Translations under genes and position numbers: made by a program
Source: the human T2T-CHM13v2.0 reference genome, Homo sapiens
Assembly (NCBI RefSeq): GCF_009914755.1
Contig: NC_060926.1
Length of the DNA: 64,000 nucleotides
Strand: one strand, 5' to 3'
In this document: positions 41,171-56,711 of the stretch, piece after piece
Position numbering within the stretch: position 1 is the first letter of the stretch
How the letters are laid out: each line of letters starts with the position of its first letter
The notes under the pieces: model-generated
Databases searched by the model: none
The model's input: the letters and a program-made list of their open reading frames with translations, nothing else
What the model was told of the DNA's origin: nothing

Positions 41171-42329
41171 TTAAACAAAGAAGTGCCATAAAATCTCAGA
41201 TAGGATTGAAAGAAAAGTATTTTACAGATCAGTGCTTTTTTCCTCACTTTTTTATTTGTTTTCATGGAAATTACCATATGTAGGGAAAACTATGCTTTTA
41301 CTACAAGTTCAGGCTGTGCGATGAACTGAAAAAAAAAAAAAAAAATCCAGAGATTTCAGAGTCAGTTCTGGCTCTGACATTAAAGAACCGTATGATTCTG
41401 GGGAAGTCCCTTTTTCTCCTCTGGGCTGCATTCACCTCAGATGACACCATGGTGTCCACCTGTGCAATATATGGGCTAGGCCTGGTCTGGATCCAGGAAC
41501 TACATAGAAAGGCCATGAGTCAGTTCTGAGCCTGACTCATTACGAGATAGGTTAATGGTAAAGCAGGAGGAGATAGGAAACAATTCAGAGTTTTTCCTAC
41601 GTCTTCCCCTGAATTATCCTCATCTGTGGGCAAAATGCTCAAGAATGATATTTTTAAAAGGGTGACGATATTTGGTTAAAATGTCCACGGAGGAAGGGGA
41701 GGTAAGGACTGTGAGAAGCGTGCCCAAACCACAGAGCTTCCAAACTGCAGTCCACATCACCAGCAACAGCCCTAATGAGCTCTGTGCTGGACACTCCCCA
41801 CTGAATTACATAATACATTTCCGTTTCATTTCATGAATCACAACTTGGGATACAATGTTCCTGGGTTGCAGTTGATATATTTTAGAGATTACCAAATATT
41901 TCAAAAAGAAAAATTGATTTTATTAAATTCATATGTAAAATGTCTGTATGTCAGCCAACTTATTTATTTTCAAATTTGAGATTTTCTTAAATGTTGTAGT
42001 TACAGCTCAATGTCAAGAGAGTTCTCAATAAACCCATTAATGAATAGCGAGACTGCCGTTGCCCCTGGATTCTTCATTTCTTTTGAGAGTTCAGTTCCTG
42101 GTTGATGACGGTGGGTTTCATTTCAGCTGCCCCTCTTGGGTGAGAATGAGAAAAAAAGTGGTAGAGCTTCAGACCACGGATCAGGGGAAGTGGAACTCAC
42201 ATAGGCAACTATGTAACAGTGAGTTTTGTTCACTATAAGACTACAGTACAAGCCGTATATACAAACATTAACTCCTTTGCGGCTGTCAATGTTACTGGTA
42301 TCCATCAGGACTCACTGGTCTTTTCTCAG

Positions 42330-42590
42330 GGCGACAAGGGAGCTAGAACGCAGGTCTGTGAATCAGAAAGACACAGTTCAAATCTTAGCTCAGCCACTGG
42401 CAGCTGTGCAACTTTGGGAAGGCTATTTAACCCCCCTAAGCTTCAGTGTATTAATCTGTAACGTGGGAATAATAAAAATGCATGGGTCATGAGTGCTTGC
42501 AAGGACTAACGACAGGAGATATGCAGAGTGATTAGCATAGTGCCTAGCACATAGTAAGTGTTCAATAAATACTAGTCATGTGTAATTGTT
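42330..42590 (+). mobile_element. MIR
   Basis: gttcaaatcttagctcagccact...tagtgcctagcacatagtaagtgttcaataaat. Confidence 0.75.
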
Positions 42591-42729
42591 GTTATCCTAC
42601 CTTAGAAGCAGCAACTTTGAATTGTAAATTGAGTTTGGGCTGATCTAGTATGTCCTGAGTTCATTTTCAAAACTTATGATCAAGTTCACTTTTGTGAAGG
42701 CACATACTCTTTGAGAATGTGAACTGGCT

Positions 42730-43030
42730 GTACATCATTCATTCATTTGTCATTTCTTTATTCAGTCATTTACTTACTATTTTGACCATCATCTATGTGC
42801 CTGACAGAATGTTAAACCTTAAGGGAACAAAGTTGGGAAGAACAAAACACAGTTTCTTTCCTCCAGGTTCTAACTGGGGAGAAAGGCAAATATTGTGGTG
42901 AACACAAGCTGAAAGTGATCAAAATGCTTCAGGAGCAGAGAGGAAGCCCATCTGAACCTAAGGCGGATGCTGGGCATAGCAGGGCCTTCCCTAGTGGGCT
43001 GCTGTGCACGTGAAATGAGACCCAGTGTGG
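42730..43030 (-). mobile_element. L2 3' end
   Basis: cattcattcattt...catctatgtgcctgac. Confidence 0.55.
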
Positions 43031-46000
43031 GAAGAGAAAAGAGCTATGTGTGAGGGGGACAGGCCACTCAGAGAGATGCAGATGGATTACTTCAAAATAC
43101 ATGAGAGTGGGTCCAGGGAACTGCATTTTTAAGTGTCTACTACGAGCCCATTTTACATTTGTTAATTCAACAACAAAACCCCCATTTTCCAGATATGAAA
43201 ACCAAGGCCCGGAGAGATTTTGTACCTGGCCCAAGTTCATGCAGCAGGCCCAAAGCTGTCAAAATTTTGCCAAAGCCCAAGCTCTTTGCACAGGATCATA
43301 CCACCTCTTTATGCTACTACATATTCTATAATAAGGCCTAAGTGATTGGTATTGATTAGCAAATCCAAAGAGGCTTCCTTGGTCTTATGAACTAATATAC
43401 ATTGCACCAATCAGCACTGAAGAGTATACAGACAGTCTAACTATAATTTCTTCCAGAGCAATAATGAGCAGGTGATAATTCACTGCCTCAGCACCCACAA
43501 TGCATTTGGCCTGCATTCTCACACCCCAGGTGAAGTTTTTCTAACAAAACGCAGGTGCAGTAGGGGTGTTTTCAACTCTTACTAGAGAATACAAAAAACA
43601 ATGCTTAGTTTATAAAAGAATAATGTAACACTACTAGAATATTGGCTTTTTTCACTTTTTGACCCCTAAACATCTGTAAATAGAATAATATCTGTTATTT
43701 TTGCATTGTTATTAACCAGGAAGTTTGGTCTTGCCATAGACAGAGTTCACAGGGCTGGGAGTTGGTGCTTGTGTGCCTTGCAGACTCTGTCCCTCAGGGT
43801 GACACCGCCAACTTAATGCTTGCAGAGCATTTGTGGTTTATCAAGCACTGCACTTTCTCTTTCTCATTTGACGCTCACAGCAAATCTGGAAGGGAAGCAG
43901 AAGAGGTATTTCCACCTCCATTGAACAGAGCTTAGGGGACACACATGGAGTAAAAAGGGCCAGCGCTGATCCATAATTGCCTGCCTCCCAGTCCAGTTCT
44001 GTTCCCTGCGCTGTGTTGTCTCCTAATTGCTCTGTTCATTTTGTACCTGTGAGGGTTAACTGGGAACACAGGAGTTCTGTTAAATATCACAGTAGTTAGT
44101 ACATTTTAATCCTGATCCCCCAGCCTACTGTAGCTGCTGTAAAATACATGGCAATAATTTCCTGAGGCAGGGTAATGTATAAGGAATGTCAGGCCAGCCT
44201 CTGGGCATATTTGCCTTAGTTCAGTTTTATTAAAGTAAAACTTTTATTAAGGCATGTGGTGAATTGAGCAATCGGCATGATTCATGCCGTTATAAACCCA
44301 TTGCTACACTCACAATAAATCAATGAGCCATTGTCGTACATTTGCTGTGGAGTTGGTAGAAACAAGGAAAAAATCAATATGGGGATATTATTCAGACCAT
44401 ATGAAAGTATTAAAGTGTATTCTGTGTGTATTAAACCTGGCCAAACCATATTTCATGTGTACTTTTTTTTCTGTAAATATCTCCGTTAGTATCGTCTACT
44501 CTGGGCTGTTTGCTAATCCATATGTTATTTTGAGATAATTATAGGAAATATTTAAAATTCCACATAGGTCTTTGTGAGTTTAAAATTTTATTTTATAAAT
44601 TTATGTAATAAAATTGTCCTAAGGAAAAAGCATTAACAATAAATTTAGAACAATGAGCTTCTTCCTTAACAAACACAGTATAGCTGTAACTTTGCATTAT
44701 TGAGTAGGTAATGTGCTCTTCTTTAGAAAAAAAAAAAACCAACAGGAGGAAGCGATTTGAATGAAAGAAAGGGCACTTTTCATTATCCCCCAGCTAGATG
44801 GGGACAATCATTGGACCGGCAGCATTCTCTGCATCTCTGGAAACTATTATTGTATCTCCACTTACCTGGAACCTCTTCCGAATGTTGAAATAGTGTCAGT
44901 GACAGCCATTTCCCTATGGCGGCAGTGTGTGATCACCTGCATTTCTGCACTAGGAGTTTCAGGTTCCTCTGGAGGCTAATGTGAGTTGATCAGAAAAAAA
45001 GGTGCAGTCACAGCTGGCTTCAAACTCAAGCTGCAATACTACCAAGATCCTCCTGGGTTTCAGGTAGTAGGGAGCTGAGCCATTTATTGCCATAGTAATT
45101 ACTCAGAGGGGTTTCTGTGGCTCTCTAATACTCTCTGAAACAAATGTTAGATTTCACGAAACACCTATGCAGTGCCCGCTGGGGTTTGAGGTTGTCTTCT
45201 AAGCCCAAAGGGAAGGGAAAGGCATTATGTGAATGTGCCATGGCATTACGTTTGCTAAGTCGAAGCAGCCTCTGGCCAGTGCTCTAAGTACTGAGTGCTA
45301 CCTAAAACGAGACGAGGCAAAGACAGTTCCAACTGGAGAACCTGAGATTCCTGGAGAAGGCTTTGAAAGATGGTTTCCACTTCAACCGGCAGAACGCCTG
45401 AAGCAAAAATATTTGCCCTGCCCTTCAGTTGTTGTCTGTTTGTAGCTTGCCACCCAATGGCTATCTTTTGGAGAAAGAGCATCAGAAACTTCACATAGTT
45501 GTACTCTCTGGAACTCGACTAATCTTCTTATGGAATATTAGCTTACATTTTCCAGCACAAGAAGAGATCCAAATGCATATCCAGGCAGCTGGGACATCAA
45601 GGGAATGTTGTGATAGCCCTGGTAAGGCCTGATGACTTTCATCATCAAAAGATTTATGCTCACCCTCAGGTGGAAACACTTTGTTTTGTTTTTTCATGTA
45701 ATAAAAATAATATTCCTATTTACTTACTAGCCAGTTAAAATGAAGAGATTTAATTTTGCTTTATTCCAAAAGAAATAAGAGGTCGGGGGAGGAAGGAAGA
45801 GTGTGAGTATAAAATAAACAGGAAGGCTGAGGAAGAGAGCCAGCCCTACAGTTCATGCGGGGTCAAGGAGGTGAGAACTGAGCCTCTCCTTACCAACTCA
45901 TTCCCTGGCCATCGCTGACTAATGGGGTAACTCCACTGCTTCCAGTTTATGGGGGCACATACTAGTTTTCTGCTCCTTTCCATGCTTTCATTGGGAACCT

Positions 46001-46739
46001 AACCTATTGGCGGCAGCAGCTTCAGTAGAGAGACGAGTGCATGTGACATCATCTTTGGCTTAAGGATGGTATGTGTGTCTTTCAGGGCATATGGTCCGAG
46101 ATGATCCATCATGGCCTATGATGTCAGATTATCCACTGAGACTCAGGCCTCTTTGCAGAAATGCAATTATATTCTGATAATGGTATTTCCAGTTGTTGTG
46201 ATAGACAAGACTGATGCTGGGAAGAGGTGACTGGTGGAATACTGGATAATATATGTACAGGGCAGGCAGAAGAATGAGGCATCATGAGCTGAGCTGTCAG
46301 TGAGTTTTGCAGTTCTTTCCTTCCCTGTACATTTCTCAGCAGTCAGCATTGGTTGCCATCCAAAATGCCATGGTCAACCATTCCACAAGCCTCAGCCCAG
46401 TAGCCTGGTAAGTCCTAGGCATGGCAGTGATTCCCCGAGACTCCACCTGCTCCTCCAGCCATGCATCCACTGCTCGCTACTCTCCTCCTCACTTCATAAA
46501 CCAGGAGGACCATTTAGAGGGCTCCTTAGCTCTTTCCTCTCTGTTTAATAACACCAATCAATTCATTCTTCCTCTAAATCTTTATTTTGCTTGTATTACT
46601 TTTTTAACATTTTATTCTCTTTTCTTTAAACAAATATTTTTTTCTAGACTTTTCCTCTAAATTTTCTATATCCTGCTTTTGAGCATTCTGGCCTCCAATA
46701 CTGGCTTGAAAACAAACCAAAACCTAACATTGTGCAATA

Positions 46740-47030
46740 TTCACTCAGTCATTTAACCAGTGTTTACTGAGAATTCCCCATTTTCTTGCCCTGGCAAGGT
46801 ACTGGGCATGCAAAGAAGCAATGTGGCATACTAGAAAGATGACTTTTAAAACCAAACTGTTCTGGGTTCAGATAGCTGCTTTGTCATGTATAAGTTGTGT
46901 GGACTCGGACATGCCACTTAATCTCCTGAAATGTTGGTTTCTTCAACTGTACTAGAACCAAAGCATGTCTGTCATTTAACACAGTGCTTGATGCATAGGC
47001 ACCCAATGCATGGAACCCATTATGTCTATT
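46740..47030. mobile_element. L2 tail and MIR relics
   Basis: gtgtttactgag...; tctgggttcaga...ccacttaatctcctg. Confidence 0.5.
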
Positions 47031-48356
47031 ATTATTTATAAGCTTTAATCAAGACCCTCATAGAGTATTTGCTTCTTAGGCTCATGATCTTTTTGTGGGT
47101 ACTTGTTCCATGTTGCTGAGTCATAGTGAAAGTTGTTTAAATAATTGAAAGGACATTATTGAAGGGATTTTCAGAGCCCATTGACATATAAGTACAACAA
47201 ATAGCTTCAGTGTTGATTAAAAATCAGTTATCTTTTTCTCTTTGATCTTGTCTCTCAGAGACCACTTTCACCACGATCATTTTCCCATTTCAACTCCAGA
47301 TTATTACTCTTTGTCCTGGGCCAAAGATGGAGGAGTAGAGACTGAGAGTGCTAGTCAGCTAGCCTCAGTCCATGTTGGAACTGACTTTCCCCCTCTAAAT
47401 GCATGCTCACTTTAATAGAGGACATTATAAAACAAAACTGGTCTTCTGACTCTAAGGAAAAAGGGTTTCTTGGCAGATCTATTGGCTATATTCTACCCTA
47501 GGCCAAGCAAATCAGAATCTCCAGGGAGGGGCACAGGAATCTGTGCTTTTAACAAGTACCTTGTTAAACATTAGGCAAGTTGGAAAACCTAATCTAAATC
47601 CATCACAAAACAATGATTGGGCATCTCCATGTTTTTAAAAAATTTGTATGGGGCAAGCAGAAATATGAAGCAGGATATATGCCCTCAGGGACTTTATATT
47701 CAATTTGGAGATTATATATGTGTGCATATATGTATACATATGTATAAATGTGTTTATATATGTATGTGGGTGTATACACACACACGAAAACATAAGTCAC
47801 CATGAAACTTTGTCATTAAAAGTAAGAGATCAGTAAAAACAAAATGCATAGAAAAAATATCCCCAACAAAACAGGGCTAAAGCTAGATCTCAAAGGAAGT
47901 TTGTGTAGGAACTTTCAGAACCTGTTATCGAAATGTTCAAATATCCACACAAGTAAAATAGTGTAGAGAACCCCACCCTATGTACCAGCCACCAATATTC
48001 AATATTTTGGCCAAACTTTTCACCTGTCTTTCTCTCCATTTCTCCACCCCTCCTATTCCCCCTCAGACCATTTTAAAGCAGGACACACAAGTGCTGTGCT
48101 GGGCCTCAACTTGTTATTCATTTGTGACATAATCATATGAATATTTACTCTATTTCTACACCTATCCTGTTGAGAACAGGCCACAGACCATAGCTGGAGT
48201 AGCACTGCTTTAAAGCACCTCCCACCTATCATATCACATAATTTAAAAATCAGAAAACTGCAAGGATTCCAGGCAAGAGGGATGGGGAAAACGGAACTGA
48301 AAAATTCCACTGGGAGAAACCAATTTTATTAAAGGTACTTAAACTGTGCCAGGTAC

Positions 48357-49108
48357 TGCTATGGTTTGAATATGTTTCCCAAATTTCCTGTGTTGAAATT
48401 TAGTTCCCAAATTCATACGTTGACAGTATTTGGAGGTGGGGCCTTTGGGAGGTGTGTTAGTCCGTTTTTATGCTGCTATTAAAGACATACTGAAGACTGG
48501 CTAATTTATAAAGGAAAGAGGTCTAATTGACTCACAATTCAGCATGGCTGGGGAGACCTCAGGAAACTTACAATCATGGCAGAAGGGGAAACAAACACGT
48601 CCTTCTCCACATGGCGGCAGCAAGGAGAAGTGTAGAGCAAAGGTGGGGGAAAGCCCCTTATGAAACCATCAGATCTCATGAGAATTCACTCACTATCACA
48701 GGAACAGCATGGAGGTAACCGCCTTCATGATTCAATTACCTCCCACAGTTCCCTCCCAGGACACATGGGGATTATGGAAACTACAATTAAAGATGAGATT
48801 TGGGTGGGGACACAGCCAAACTATATCAGGAGGTAATTAGGGTTAAATAAGGTAATCAGGGTAGAACCTTCATGATGGGTCTAGTGGCTTTATAAGATGA
48901 GGAAGATAGATGTGAGCTAACAGATACACTCTTGCCCTCTCACCATATGATGCCCTCCACCATGTTATGACACAGCAAAAAGGCCGTCATCAGATGCCAG
49001 CACCTTGCTATTAGACTTCCCAGCCTCCATAACTGTAAGAAATACATGTCTTTATAAATTACTTAGCCTGTGGTATTCTATTATAGCAACAGAAAGAAAG
49101 CTAGGACA
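48357..49108 (+). mobile_element. MSTC/D-type MaLR LTR (interrupted by THE1)
   Basis: tgctatggtttgaa...ctaggaca; 5-bp TSD ggtac at 48352-56 and 49109-13. Confidence 0.9.
48453..48828 (-). mobile_element. THE1 (THE1C-like) solo LTR
   Basis: tgtgttagtccgttttt...ggggacacagccaaactatatca; 5-bp TSD ggagg at 48448-52 and 48829-33. Confidence 0.92.
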
Positions 49109-49519
49109 GGTACTTTATGTATTTACTTCATTTAATCCCTACACCAAGCTGAAAGGTAAGTATTATTATTTCTCACTTTACAGATGGGAAAACAGAGGCT
49201 TCCGGGAGATAGGCAACATGCCCAAAGTCATCCAGCTAAAAATTAGCAAAAGTGGGTAACAAGTTGGTCCAACTCCAAGCTCCATGTTTTTCTCACTGAC
49301 CTTGTGTCCTCCTTGCACAGAGCACAACCAAGACCCAGGCTGACCGGAATGTAGGGATTATTTTGAAAGTGTCTGGGACAATGTGGATAGAAAGGAAGAA
49401 CAAGGGAAAGATGTTGGATTCCTGAGTGATGAACTGAGGTCCTTTCTTTTATCCTACAGCAGGTAACAAGTAGCCTTTAAAAGTTTTATAATGATAAAAC
49501 TTGTTATTATAAAAATTAA

Positions 49520-49802
49520 GGCCAGGCTTCGTGGCTTATGCCTGTAATCCCAGCACTTTGGGAGGCTGAGGTGGACAGATCACCTGAGACCAGGAATTTG
49601 AGACCAGCCTGGCCAACATGGCAAAACCCTGTCTTTAAAAAAAATATAAAAATTAATCAGGCATGGTGGTGTGCACCTGTAATCCCAGCTACTCAGGAGG
49701 CTGAGGCATGAGAATCGCTTGAACCCAGGAAGCAGAGGTTGCGGTGAGCTGAGATTGCGCCAGCCTGGGCAACAGAGTGAGCCTCCGTCTCAAAAAAAAA
49801 AA
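49520..49802 (+). mobile_element. AluS (Sx/Sz-like) with a 10-bp deletion in the right arm
   Basis: Full dimer; gcgcca|gcctggg lacks ctgcactcca. Confidence 0.92.
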
Positions 49803-49809
49803 GTTATTA

Positions 49810-50320
49810 GATACTTTGAAAGTAATGTTAAAAGTGTTGCAAAAATTTTGGATAATAAAAAAATACCAGAACCACAGTTATTTAAATTTCTTTCATGTCT
49901 TTCTTTCCCCTGTATGTATTTTATATCATTGTAATCATACTCTACGTATATTTTTAAATTTTGCTTTATATTTAACATTATATCTTTTAAATATATTCCA
50001 TATTATTTCATAGTTTTTATCTCCATTGCTTATAATGATCACATAATAGTTCATCTGGTATATATGTCATAATTTATTCTAAAACCCCTTTAATGGTAAA
50101 CATTAGGTTCTTTCCAGTTTTGTGTTACTATAAATACTACTACAATTAACATCTTTATGCCTATAGGTTTCTCTAAAGAGTATTTCTTTAGGAAGTACTC
50201 TAGAAGTAGAATTACAGAGTGAAAGTATATGAGTATGCTTATGGTTCCTGATGCATATTGCCAAATGTTTTCCAAAAGGATTATGTCAATTTATATTATC
50301 TCCAATATAAGAGAGTGCCA
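49810..50320 (-). mobile_element. L1ME-type 3' fragment
   Basis: acattaggttctttccagttt...tagaagtagaattacagag...attgccaaatgttttccaaaagg. Confidence 0.7.
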
Positions 50321-50821
50321 AATGCTGGTGGATTGAGTGGAAAAATAAAATCAGTCTGTGGGCAAGTCACTTCTCTTCAGGCATTGGTTTCTTACTAAGT
50401 TAAATAAGGGTATGTAGTGCATCATCATTATGGTTTTCCAGTTCTGAGGTTGTATGATTCATCAGAATTCTGAACATTTGCTTATAGGTACTTGAGATTC
50501 TTCAATGAATTTTCATTCCTCTAAATTAGAATCCCTAGTAAAATCCCAGTTCTTTTGAGAATGGATAATGCCTAGCACATGTGCTGCTACTTCCTCTCCT
50601 GAATCAGTGGTACTGATGGCCCATTGGTCTTGGCTCACTTTCTGGCTCAGAATCACCTTCCACACAGGCCCAGGCAGCCCCTCGCTCACGGTCAGTGACA
50701 CACCAGGGGAAACCCATCCATCATCCAGGCTCTCGACTGATCTTGTTCCGATTCCTCAGAGTCTAAGAAGGCCCAGATGTACAAACAGAAGAGTGGGAAG
50801 GAACAAGGAGCCATGGGATGT

Positions 50822-52332
<1,511 letters not shown>

Positions 52333-52339
52333 ATGTGAG

Positions 52340-52580
52340 CACTCAGATTGTGCCTCGGTGACCCACTGCCATTCTAAGAACTTTGGAAATACTAACTACC
52401 CCACCGAATCCTCAGACACCCCTAATGGGTCGGTCGGTGATTATCCATTTCACAATGAGGAAATAGGCACGGAAGCTAGGGGCATGCCCACAGTCACATA
52501 ACTGATGGGAAATGGCAGGGCTAGGATTCCAATCTAGGCAGTCTAGCCCTGAGACTCTGGACTGTCTGTCACCACCATGT
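52340..52580 (-). mobile_element. MIR
   Basis: ccatttcacaatgaggaaatagg...gtcaca...ggctaggattccaatctaggcagtct. Confidence 0.7.
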
Positions 52581-52749
52581 CATACATGCGGGGAGGGAGG
52601 AGAAGCAGAGATGGTGGGAAGGGGAGACAACACTGCTGATCCTACCATTTTGCCACAAGAAGTTCCTACACTTAGTATTCATTTATTCTTCTAATCATTA
52701 ATTCTATAATAACAAGGTGACTTTAAATATAAGGTTTTGGGTAGAAAGG

Positions 52750-53880
52750 ACCCCTCAGAGCTATGAGGATAATAAAGGTAAAACAAACATCACCTTCCCT
52801 ACCTTCTGGGAATGTACAAGTTGGCAAGGGAAAGAAGAGAAGAAAATCACTACCGATAATACACAGTGGGCCGAGGTAAGCAGAGTGAGAGAGGAACAGA
52901 TAAAGTGACCAGAGGAACCTGCCCTGTAACTGCAGCAGCCAAGGGAAGCTGGGTGGAGTGGAGAGTTATCACCTGCATCTTGGGTGACACTCAGAACAAT
53001 GTGCATTCATAGAGGTGAGGATAAAGATGCCTACAGAGATAGGGTGAGGTGCACACAGGTAGGGAAGAAGAGTTTATGCAGAACAGCAAGTATGGCCTAA
53101 AGATAGGGTTATAAATGAGAGTAATGGAAAATACAGTTAGAAAGGCAACTGAAGCCTGGATTAGTCAATGTAACAATAGTTGAAACAAACAGAAAACCCA
53201 ACTTTCCAATGGCTTAATACAATAAATGACTAGTTCTCCCTCACAAAACAGAACAACAAAGTTTTTCCTTGTCAGCAAAATGCTTGACTCCAAGATGTGT
53301 TCTGACACCCATACTCCTTCCACCTTGTCCCTCCTCTACCCAGAAGGGACTGACTTCTCAGTTTGCAAAGCGTGGAATGAGAAAGAGAGGGTAGGAAGTA
53401 CACCCTTTCTCAACAACCTGGCTCTGCTTACATTTTATTTGCAACTCTAGATTCAGGTTTGGGTGGGAGCAGGGCAGTGGCCTGACTGGGCAGCCACTTC
53501 CAAGAAACATCTCTGTGCTGTGGGTGGAAAAGCACAAGTTATAGTTGATCCTCGTGGCCACAGGGCCTTGATCAGAGAAAGTTTTGATCTTCTTGGGCAA
53601 GGATAAGTAGGCAAGCTAGCCTAGAAGGGTTTTGAGCAAGGGAATTATGTCAACAGAGGCATTTCCTTCAGAAAAGTAAGTCTGGCAATAGAATGCTTTC
53701 AAAGAATGAAAGCAACATAGCGAGGGAGAAGAGTTAGGAGACTACTAAAATAATACAGGCAAATGGTGACCTGAATGAGGTCATCAAAGTGGGATGATGA
53801 GAAGGAAGAAAGCAAAGACATGGCAGATTCAAACCCAGAGAGAGCAGGACAATGGGTAAGACAGGCACCTGGGCAGGGAG
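52750..53880 (-). mobile_element. L2 relic interrupted by MLT1
   Basis: gaagggttttgagcaagggaattatg...agactactaaaataatacaggcaaat is typical antisense L2. Confidence 0.6.
53157..53562 (-). mobile_element. MLT1 (I/J/K-type) LTR relic
   Basis: attagtca...aacaaacagaaaacccaact...tggcttaatacaataaa...gccaca. Confidence 0.55.
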
Positions 53881-56711
53881 GTCCCACAGAGATACTGTGT
53901 TGTGTTCCCCATACAAAAAGAGGATAGGGATTCCCAGTCCCCATGAGGTGATGCATATACAAAGAGAGCCCTTCTCCTGCTGCAGGATTGCAGAGATAGG
54001 AGCCTACACTTGCAAGAGACAGAGCGCACTGCAAAGACATCCAGCTCCATTTGGCTTGGATGGAGCCAAAAGAAAAACACCGAACCTATGAGTTCCCTGG
54101 GCAGATCTTTCCTGGATACACCCCAAAGACAGTGTCCATCCAGGCTACGTTGCATCTGGAGCAGAGAGCGTCTGGGACTCAAGAGTCTGCTGGTGGACCG
54201 AGGACGTGTACAGTTGCCAAATATGGCCGAAGCTGCCACCGGAGATCTGTTTTCACAGGTTTTCTTTGGAAACTCAGTGTGGGGCTTGGGAGCAGCTGGG
54301 AGTTTGAGTAATTGCATACCCTGGGGGTGGAGGGAGGCCAAGTACAACAGCCTGTCCCAGAGACCTGAGTGAGGACATTGCAGGAAGTCAGGTGAGGCCA
54401 CCCTGAGGTCGGGGCTCCAGCCATTGAGGACAAAACTCAAATCTCAGCCCAGAAGCAGACACCACAGCTCTGATGACAGCAAGCTGGGCACCCCTGAGCC
54501 TTGCTCTCCATCCCAGTGGTCATTTCCACACTGGGGAGGTTTGGGTACTTTATGTACATACTAGTGGGACACCCCTTTAAAGTATCAGAACTGAATAACT
54601 TGAAACTTAGACAAATGGATGATTATTTGCTCTGCAATGTGCTTTCCTTTAAGGCTCAGATCAAATATCAGCTTTGAAGCTTTCTTTGACCTTGTTCTTT
54701 TCCACACCCCAGGAAGATGGATTGTCCCCTCTTCTCTAACTCACAGCAATTCTACCACCAGTATAACATTTACCCATCTATGTGCAATCGCCAAATGTTT
54801 TTTTAAATACTTACTAGATGTAAGGAGCTGTGGATAAACACACTCCAATCCTTGCCATCCACTGCTCCCTCTCTCCTTCTTTGGACTGTGAGCCACCTCC
54901 CAGTGGAGAGCCTGCTCCCCACCTTTGAGCATCTGCTGAGCTCAGTAGTGTCCATTTCAAGTTGATATAATCAAATTGAATTCACAAAGTATTCTGCATT
55001 CTCCAGTGGAAATCATCAAGAGATGGCTCCAAATAGCAAACTCTTCTAGTACATTCAAAATCAAATGCTTGATTTGCCTGCCCAGAAAAAGGCCTTGGAA
55101 TACCGGACTCCAATCAGCAGCCATTTGAAGTTAGCTATAAACTGCTTAAAGTTAGGTGGCACTACCTTATCATGTAATTACTTAAAGTAATGTTGCAGGG
55201 CAGTGTGAGAACTCCAGACTTGGGGGTGGCCCCAAGAATATATCTCTGCTACGAAGGAATGATTTGTTCTCAAACAAGATAAAAGGAGTCCTGTTGCCAA
55301 ATAGCCCTGGGTTCCAGTTTAGCCTTGCTGACAGAAGCCATGTTGATTTAGCGTAAGTTACAGTCTCTAGATCTTGATTTTCTCACTTTCTCACCAGCTA
55401 AATGAACACTTGCCTTTCAGCTCAAAAGCTCGACTAAGCCCTGATTCTCAGATAATCTTCCTGGGTCTGATTTTTATAGTCTGATTTAACACTAAGTCCT
55501 TCCACAGTTTAGCTCCTCTGTGCTCCTCTTATTTTTTAATAGAGGAAATAAAAAGACAGCCTTTTGTACAAGACAGCCAAGATTCCCAGGTGGGCCCCTC
55601 TCAGAAGAAGCACATATGTCTGTCAAGATTCTGAAAAATGTATCCTCTTCAATTTCTGTGTTTTTCTTTAAAACAAAATATATAGAAACCACAAACGTAT
55701 TTGTTTCATTCTCATCTGATGCCTTCATACTTGAAGGAAGTGTTGGATTTTCTTGTTCTTTGGCTCAAAAAGCAAGGAGTGACATCAGTAAGCTAAAACT
55801 GCAAGTTCCACTGCCCTTTCCCTATTAAACTTCAATGTTTACTTCTCAGGGGATTGGCCAAGAAAAGTCCATTTGGGCTGGAATGCAGCATATTTAGTCT
55901 CAGAATTAAGGTAATTTCTTTGGAAGAGTTTCAACCAAATCAATTTATTTCAGAGATGTTGGTGTTGGTTCCCTTTTAAAAATTCCAAAGCCCCAGGCTT
56001 TTTCTCTGTACCTGCTCTGCTAACGCAATTCCAAGCTGGCTCTTATGCAAAAAGCCACACACGCTAGGTGTATGGGAGTCAGTGTGCAGGCTTTGGGTGC
56101 ACACCTACGAAAAGGCTGTGATTTTATAGGGAGAGGGCGGATGTGTAGCTGTGCAGGCTCTTGGGAGCCATGAAAACCCATGGACTTGAGGGATTCAAAC
56201 AGCAACCATCCCTCATATCTATAAATTTCCTTAAAAAATAAAACACTTTATGCACACTTTGCTCCTTAAAACAATGTTTTAAAGCAGACAGAATAGGAAT
56301 CATGACATCTGTTTTCATAAAAACATACAGGGGTTTGGTTGTATTAACTGCCTTGGCCACATCCTCCTGGCTGCTAAGAGGTAGATGAGAAATGAAGTCC
56401 TCTGGTGACTCCTGCTCCTTTCTGGAGCTATCCTTCCTATCAAATCAGTAAGAATGTGAGTAAGGAGCTGTTATGAAGTGGCTTCCCTTGAAGATGAGCC
56501 AATGAGAACACAATAGAAAGATGTCAAAGTATGATTTGGAGACCATTTAGAAAGCTCCTGTCTACAATGTTTCTCCTACTTGCTTGTCAATGATGCCTAA
56601 AATTCTACCATTAAAAAGCCACTTTTTTTCAATAAAGAACTAGGAGTCATATTTTCATGTGTTTAAAGAGTTCCCAAAACAAGAGACATTAGGTGCTAAT
56701 GGCATTGTCAA

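Larger units (their letters stand above)
48320..49300 (-). mobile_element. MIR hosting nested LTRs
   Basis: tgtgccaggtac|...|tttatgtatttacttcatttaatccc...tttacagatgggaaaacagaggct. Confidence 0.75.

Noticed and set aside
53829-54440. 203-aa minus-strand ORF and overlapping ORFs
   Set aside because: No recognisable domain, non-ATG start, low-information composition; the region may be an old LTR relic I could not identify.
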